Source: Myxococcota bacterium (GTDB lineage: Bacteria > Myxococcota_A > UBA9160 > UBA6930). From it: a stretch of DNA of 64,000 nucleotides. Shown here piece by piece: positions 58,590 through 64,000 of this stretch. The stretch lies in contig OZ245002.1 of assembly GCA_965223415.1 (NCBI GenBank), positions 4,416,001 through 4,480,000 of the forward strand. Direction: 5' to 3'. Each line of letters opens with the position of its first letter. Position 1 is the stretch's first letter. The position numbers were made by a program, and so were the translations under genes. Below the pieces are notes generated by a model that saw nothing but the letters and a program-made list of their open reading frames with translations, had not been told where the DNA came from and did not search any database.

Positions 58590-59345
58590 ATGACCGCCGA
58601 CACCGCACCTCCGGACCTCGACAGCGCCCGGGACTGGCGCCTGCGTCTCAGCATGGGCGTCACCATCGTCTGGCTCGTGATCGGCGCCTCCTACATCACC
58701 GCGATCGTCGGCTGGCCCAACTTCATCCAGCAGCGCGCCCCGGAGATGGGCGGCTTCCTCGAGGGCGCCTTCGCGCCCCTCGCCTTCCTGTGGCTCGTGG
58801 TCGGCTTCTTCCTCCAGCAGCAGCAGCTCGAGCAGAACACCGCGTCGATCCGCGCCCAGCTCGTCGAGATGCGCCGCGCCGCCGAGCAGGCCGAGGTGCA
58901 GTCCCGCGCCATCGAGGCCGACGAGCTCCACAGCCGCCAGGACACCTTCCTGCGCGTCGCCGACATGGTGAACGAGCAGCTGGGCACCATCGCCGGCTTC
59001 CTCGTCACCTCCAAGCTCATCGAGCTGCCGGGCGGGGTGGAGGGGAACGGCGGCAGCGACCTCTGGCGAGAGATGGGCCAGGGCGACTACTCCGCCTTCG
59101 ACCGCAAGATGTTCTCGATGGTCTACGGCGGCGTGATCGAGTCCGCCGATTTCTTCTGGGGCACCGAGGTGCGCAGCAACCACACCCGCGGCTTCATTCG
59201 CACCTTCGAGCGCCTGCTCGAGCACGCCGGCCGCTGCGACCCGGACGGCATCATCGCCGACGCCATCCGCGACGGCTCCCACGGCCGCATCTACCGCATG
59301 ATGGTGGACGCGCGGAGCGAGGCGCGGGGAGACGTGGAGGCCTAG
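58590..59345 (+). CDS. Hypothetical membrane protein (2 TM plus coiled coil)
   Basis: GGFLEGAFAPLAFLWLVVGFFLQ followed by a Gln/Glu-rich helix. Confidence 0.75.
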   Translation: MTADTAPPDLDSARDWRLRLSMGVTIVWLVIGASYITAIVGWPNFIQQRAPEMGGFLEGAFAPLAFLWLVVGFFLQQQQLEQNTASIRAQLVEMRRAAEQAEVQSRAIEADELHSRQDTFLRVADMVNEQLGTIAGFLVTSKLIELPGGVEGNGGSDLWREMGQGDYSAFDRKMFSMVYGGVIESADFFWGTEVRSNHTRGFIRTFERLLEHAGRCDPDGIIADAIRDGSHGRIYRMMVDARSEARGDVEA

Positions 59346-59383
59346 GCCGGAAACGCAGCGCGGGGCTAGAGCCCGAGCCCTAA

Positions 59384-60653
59384 CAGGCTGCTGAAAAACC
59401 CTGCGTTTCCGTGTTCTCGATGGTAGAAGATGGGTCGGGGGGAGAGAGGATGCGCGGCAGCGACCGAGAGCAGGGTTCGATGTTCAGCTACGTCTCGCTG
59501 GAGACGCGGATTCCGGAGGATCATCCGCTTCGCCCCATGCGGGCGATGGTGGACGAGGCGCTGAGGGGCCTGTCTCGGCGGTTCTCGGAGCTCTACGCGT
59601 CGACGGGCCGGCCGTCGATCCCACCGGAGCGGCTGCTGCGGGCTCTGTTGCTGCAGGTGCTCTACTCGATCCGGAGTGAGCGCCAGCTGATGGAGCAGCT
59701 CGAGTACAACCTGCTGTTCCGTTGGTTCGTAGGGCTGGGGATGGAGGATGCGGTCTGGGTCCCGACGGTCTTCACGAAGAACCGGGACCGGCTGCTGGAA
59801 GGGGACGTGGCGGAGGCGTTCTTTGAGGCGGTGCTGGCGCAGGGAAAGGACCACGGCCTTCTGTCGTCGGAGCACTTCACGGTGGATGGCACGCTGATCG
59901 AGGCGTGGGCGAGCCAGAAGAGCTTCCGGGCGAAGGACGGCTCGGGGGACGACGGAGACGACGATCCGGGCAACCCGACGGTGAACTTTCGGGGAGAGCG
60001 GCGGAGCAACGCGACGCACGAATCGACGACGGATCCCGAGGCGCGGCTGGCGCGCAAGAAGGGCCAGACCTCGCAGCTGGCCTACATGGGCCATCTGCTG
60101 ACGGAGAACCGCAACGGCCTGATCGTCTCGGCGCTGCTGACGGAGGCCGATGGCTACGCCGAGCGGCTGGCAGCGCTGGAGATGGCGGAGGACGTGGCGG
60201 GAAGGCGCCGGATCACGCTGGGCGGGGACAAGGGCTACGACACCGAGGAGTTCGTGGCGGGCTGCCGGAAGCGCAACATCACGCCGCACGTGGCGCAGCA
60301 CACGACGAATCGGGCCAGCCGGATCGACGGTCGCACGGTCCGTCACGAGGGCTACGCGATCAGCCAGCACAAACGCAAGCGGATCGAGGAGTGCTTCGGT
60401 TGGATGAAGACGGTCGGGGGAATGCGAAAGACGCGTCACCGGGGCACGGATCGGGTCGGGTGGATGTTCGTCTTCACGGCGGCGGTCTACAACCTGGTCC
60501 GCATACGCAACCTCGTAGAGGTCACATGACGCACCTGCATCGAGACGAGGTACCCCGGATCACTTCCGGGATCGAAGAGCGAGCCGAGCGGGCCGCGGGG
60601 ACCCGCGCCCTCTGGCGTTCTGGCGCCTCTCAGCGCCGAATTTCAGCAGCCTG
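59384..60653 (+). mobile_element. IS5-family insertion sequence (1270 bp)
   Basis: Terminal IR CAGGCTGCTGAAA / TTTCAGCAGCCTG; CTAA duplicated at 59380-59383 and 60654-60657. Confidence 0.93.
59450..60529 (+). CDS. IS5-family DDE transposase
   Basis: GRPSIPPE, SERQL, VDGT, GDKGYD, RKRIEECFGW.K. Confidence 0.95.
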   Translation: MRGSDREQGSMFSYVSLETRIPEDHPLRPMRAMVDEALRGLSRRFSELYASTGRPSIPPERLLRALLLQVLYSIRSERQLMEQLEYNLLFRWFVGLGMEDAVWVPTVFTKNRDRLLEGDVAEAFFEAVLAQGKDHGLLSSEHFTVDGTLIEAWASQKSFRAKDGSGDDGDDDPGNPTVNFRGERRSNATHESTTDPEARLARKKGQTSQLAYMGHLLTENRNGLIVSALLTEADGYAERLAALEMAEDVAGRRRITLGGDKGYDTEEFVAGCRKRNITPHVAQHTTNRASRIDGRTVRHEGYAISQHKRKRIEECFGWMKTVGGMRKTRHRGTDRVGWMFVFTAAVYNLVRIRNLVEVT

Positions 60654-60671
60654 CTAACCCCGCGGAAACCC

Positions 60672-60747
60672 TGGTGGAGCTGAGGGGAGTCGAACCCCTG
60701 ACCTCGTGAATGCCATTCACGCGCTCTCCCAACTGAGCTACAGCCCC
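60672..60747 (-). tRNA. tRNA-Ala(GGC)
   Basis: GGGGCTGTAGCTCAGTTGGGAGAGCG, anticodon loop ATGGCAT, GTTCGA, ends CCACCA. Confidence 0.97.
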
Positions 60748-60850
60748 AGGGGCAAACCAGGCTATCCGCCGGCTCTGGGCCTGTCAAAAGTGCCCTCTGC
60801 CGCGCGGGCCGGTCTTGCCCACGACCCCGGGCGGGCCGATAACCTCCGGG

Positions 60851-62227
60851 ATGATGGACCGGAGCGGGCGATCGGCACGGACCACGTGGGTGCTGATGGC
60901 GCTCGCGGCGCTGGTCCTGTGCGGGCCGCTCCTCTACGGGCTGACGGACCGGCCGGTCCAGCCGACCTGGTGGCGGTTCAGCAAGCGGCAGCTCCTCTGG
61001 ACCGCCCTGTACGGTGCGGCCTTCGTGGCCGTGGTGGGGAGCTACCGGCTGGCGGTGCCGGCCCTGGTCGAGCGGCTTCGGGCGAGCCTGGTGATGGTGG
61101 CCGCGACGCTCCTGGCCACCTGGCTGCTCGGAGAGCTGGCCCTGCGGGCGCTCGAGCCGGCGCCGCGCTTCGAGGCCCTGCCGAGGAACGATCGCCGGCA
61201 CGCGCCGGATCCGGACGTCGGCCACGTCTTCGCCCCGAACCAATCCCTCGAGCTCCAGACCGGGGAGTTCCGCTCCACCTGGCGTACGAACGGGGAGGGC
61301 GTGCGCGCCGATCGCGACTACGGCCCCAAGGCCGCCGGGGTGTTCCGGGTGCTGGTGATCGGCGATTCGTTCACGGCCGGCGGCCAGGTGTCCCTGGCCG
61401 AGACCTATCCGGGGATCCTCGAGGCCGAGCTGGCGACGGCCCTCGGCGAGGGTGCGGTGGAGGTGATCAACGCCGGTCACCCCGCCTACGGAACCGTGCA
61501 CGCGGCGCGCTGGGTGGGGAAGTTCGCCTCACACTTCCAGCCGGATCTCATCGTCCACGGCATGACGCCCAACGATCTCAGCGAGAACCTGCGTCCGCTG
61601 CTCGTCACCGCCGAGGACGGCCAGCTGCGCTGGAAGACGTCGACGGACGCGCACCGGACGCGTTGGGAGGACCGCCAGCAGTGGTACAGCGTGCCGGGCT
61701 GGGTGGATCGCAGCCTACTCGTGCAGCGGCTCCGGGGCGCGCCTCTCGTCCGGCGGCTCACGCACAGCCAGATCTATCCCCACCACCACGTCTACCAGCT
61801 CGCGCAGGACGCGGCCTCGCGCGACCGCTACGCCCTGGCCTACGAGCACCTGGGGCTGCTCCGCGAGCACGCCCAGGGCCTGGGGGCCCGCCTGGCGCTG
61901 GTCGTGATCCCGTTTCGGGAGCAGCTGACGGAGCTGCACGAAGGCCTCGATCCCCGCGCCTATGGTCGGCGGATCGCGGCCTGGGGCGCGGCCCACGGGG
62001 TCCCGGTGATCGACACCCTCGAGGCCTTCCGAAGCCACCCGGACCCGGCGAGCCTCTACTGGCGAAAGGACGCCCACTGCACGGCGGCCGGCTACCGGCT
62101 GGTCGGCGAGACCCTGGCGGCGGGACTGCTGGCCCGGGGCGCCGAGGTGGGGCTCTCAGCGGGACCGGGGGCGCCCGAAGGAAAGGGTCCGGCGCTCCCG
62201 GGCCGCTCGACGCCTCCGGGCCGATGA
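60851..62227 (+). CDS. Membrane-anchored SGNH/GDSL hydrolase
   Basis: N-terminal TMs, IGDSFT, VINAG, ND, DAH. Confidence 0.85.
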   Translation: MMDRSGRSARTTWVLMALAALVLCGPLLYGLTDRPVQPTWWRFSKRQLLWTALYGAAFVAVVGSYRLAVPALVERLRASLVMVAATLLATWLLGELALRALEPAPRFEALPRNDRRHAPDPDVGHVFAPNQSLELQTGEFRSTWRTNGEGVRADRDYGPKAAGVFRVLVIGDSFTAGGQVSLAETYPGILEAELATALGEGAVEVINAGHPAYGTVHAARWVGKFASHFQPDLIVHGMTPNDLSENLRPLLVTAEDGQLRWKTSTDAHRTRWEDRQQWYSVPGWVDRSLLVQRLRGAPLVRRLTHSQIYPHHHVYQLAQDAASRDRYALAYEHLGLLREHAQGLGARLALVVIPFREQLTELHEGLDPRAYGRRIAAWGAAHGVPVIDTLEAFRSHPDPASLYWRKDAHCTAAGYRLVGETLAAGLLARGAEVGLSAGPGAPEGKGPALPGRSTPPGR

Positions 62228-62249
62228 GCCATTCTCCTCTCCCTCACTC

Positions 62250-62338
62250 GCCGGAGTGATGGAATCGGTAGACATAGGGGACTCAAAATCCCCCGGCTGG
62301 AGACGGCCGTGTGGGTTCGAATCCCACCTCCGGCACCA
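62250..62338 (+). tRNA. tRNA-Leu(CAA)
   Basis: GCCGGAGTGATGGAATCGGTAGACA, loop CTCAAAA, long variable arm, GTTCGAATC, ends CCA. Confidence 0.96.
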
Positions 62339-62454
62339 GCTCTGGGGCCGCTGAGCCCGAAACCCCGGGGGCCGAATAAACCCGGTCCCCCTACGTCGAA
62401 GAGTCGAGCCGCACCCCGGCCGCCCGGGGGCGAGATACGGGAGAAAGAGACGGA

Positions 62455-62823
62455 ATGCGCAAGAGCAAGGGAATCGTCGGTCTGCTGAGCCTGGCCCTGG
62501 CCATGCCCCTCTTCGCCGCGGCGCCGGCAGCCGCCGATTGCGAGGGCATGCGGGAGTTCCGCGGCTTGATCCAGAAGTACAAGAAGAGCGGCCGGAAGGC
62601 CGGCTTCGTTCTCGACAACCGCATGGGCGACAAGGTCAAGTTCCAGAAGGCCGAGTCGGTCGAGGTGGTCGATACCAGCAGCGCCGGCAAGAAGGCGGAG
62701 AAGTGGGAAGACCTGAAGAACAACATGTACGTGGGCGTGTGCTGGAAGTTCACGGACAACCCGCGCCTGGCCTACAAGGTGACGGTCCAGGACGAGCCGG
62801 ACGACGGCGCCACCGACGAGTAA
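62455..62823 (+). CDS. Secreted hypothetical protein
   Basis: Signal peptide (AAA|D), Lys-rich mature part with two Cys. Confidence 0.75.
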   Translation: MRKSKGIVGLLSLALAMPLFAAAPAAADCEGMREFRGLIQKYKKSGRKAGFVLDNRMGDKVKFQKAESVEVVDTSSAGKKAEKWEDLKNNMYVGVCWKFTDNPRLAYKVTVQDEPDDGATDE

Positions 62824-62929
62824 AGCCATCGCTGACGAAGCCCCGCCCCGAGCGGGGCGCCGCGGCCCTCTGCCCGGCCGGGCGGAGGGCCGTTGTCTTC
62901 TGGGGGCGCGGGACTACCGTTTCCTCCTC

Positions 62930-64000
62930 ATGGCCGATTCCCCGCAACCGCTGCTGCGCCCGGACCAGTTCGATCGCTACCGCCGGCACCTGAACCTCCC
63001 GGAGTTCGGCGTCGAGGGGCAGTGCCGGTTGCTCGAGAGCCGCGTCCTGCTGATCGGCGCCGGGGGGCTGGGCTGCCCCCTCGCCCAGTACCTGGCGGCC
63101 GCCGGCGTGGGCACCCTGGGCCTGGTCGACTTCGACGTGGTCGACGCCTCCAACCTGCAGCGGCAGGTGCTCTTCGGCACCCGGGACGTGGGCCGGCCCA
63201 AGGTCGACGTGGCCCGCGAGCGCATCGAGGCCATGAACCCGGACGTCGACGTCCGCACCTTCCGCGAGCGCGTCACCTCCGACAACGCGCTCGAGCTGTT
63301 CGCCGGCTACGACGTCGTGGTGGACGGCACCGACAACTTCCCGACCCGCTACCTCTCGAGCGATGCCTGCGTGATGCTCGGCAAGCCCACGGTCTACGGG
63401 GCGATTCTCCGCTTCGAAGGCCAGGCCTCCACCTTCGATGGGAGCCGCGGGCCCTGCTACCGCTGCCTGTTCCCGGAGCCGCCGCCTCCGGGCTCGGTGC
63501 CGTCCTGTGCCGAGGGCGGGGTGCTCGGCATCCTGCCCGGGACGATCGCCCTGATCCAGGCGACCGAGACGGTGAAGCTGCTGACCGGGATCGGCGAGCC
63601 CCTGATCGGGCGTCTCGTCACCTACGACGCTCTGTCGATGAAGTTCCAGGAGTACCGGCTCCGAAAGGACCCGGACTGCCCCGTCTGCGGGGAGCACCCG
63701 TCGATCACCGAGCTGATCGACTACGACGGCTTCTGCGGCGTGCCCGCGGCCCACGAGGAGGAGACCCCGGTGAAGGAGATCTCGGCCAGCGAGACGAAGG
63801 CGCGGCTCGACGCGGGCGGGGCGTTCCTGCTGCTCGACGTGCGCAACCCGGAAGAGTGGGAGACGGCACGCATCGAGGGCGCGGAGCTGCTTCCCCTGGG
63901 CGAGCTCGAGAGCCGCGTGGCGGAGCTCGCCGAGTGGAAGGACCGCCCCATCGTGGTCCACTGTCATCACGGCGGGCGGAGCGCGATGGCGTGCGAGCTC
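62930..64000 (+). CDS. moeB: MoeB/MoeZ adenylyltransferase with C-terminal rhodanese (runs off window end)
   Basis: Read manually, absent from ORF track: RYRRHL.LPEFG, GAGGLG, SNLQRQ, CYRC, CPVC, LLDVR, HCHHGGRS. Confidence 0.93.
   Translation, partial: MADSPQPLLRPDQFDRYRRHLNLPEFGVEGQCRLLESRVLLIGAGGLGCPLAQYLAAAGVGTLGLVDFDVVDASNLQRQVLFGTRDVGRPKVDVARERIEAMNPDVDVRTFRERVTSDNALELFAGYDVVVDGTDNFPTRYLSSDACVMLGKPTVYGAILRFEGQASTFDGSRGPCYRCLFPEPPPPGSVPSCAEGGVLGILPGTIALIQATETVKLLTGIGEPLIGRLVTYDALSMKFQEYRLRKDPDCPVCGEHPSITELIDYDGFCGVPAAHEEETPVKEISASETKARLDAGGAFLLLDVRNPEEWETARIEGAELLPLGELESRVAELAEWKDRPIVVHCHHGGRSAMACEL

Overview
Very GC-rich bacterial chromosomal segment. The gene style (TonB/ExbBD, GldAFG-like ABC, PEP-CTERM, many SDR/LLM/P450/SnoaL/DUF1214/sulfotransferase genes) suggests an uncultured Myxococcota/Deltaproteobacteria-like organism; this is inference only. 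It holds about 62 CDS, three tRNAs (Lys-TTT, Ala-GGC, Leu-CAA) and one intact IS5-family element with a CTAA target duplication. Housekeeping genes are aroA, serA, purA, cdd, tesB, ilvD, ilvB/ilvH, argE and moeB. Highlights: (1) an iodothyronine-deiodinase-like selenoprotein split by the ORF caller at an in-frame TGA (FGSYT-U-PPF), with a SECIS-like hairpin 10 nt downstream; (2) a TonB-ExbB-ExbD motor with no receptor gene, coupled to a 1092-aa secreted DxDxDG repeat protein and a LysM lipoprotein; (3) a methyltransferase/GT2/multidomain radical SAM operon behind a sigma28-like promoter; (4) three short tandem duplications of gene-junction sequence, two of which form mini-ORFs that could relay translational coupling; (5) two promoter-defined sRNA candidates, frequent leaderless/bidirectional -10 elements and a nested 26-bp TetR palindrome; (6) two genes with apparent in-frame internal deletions. 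All family calls come from motif recognition by eye; no searches were run.
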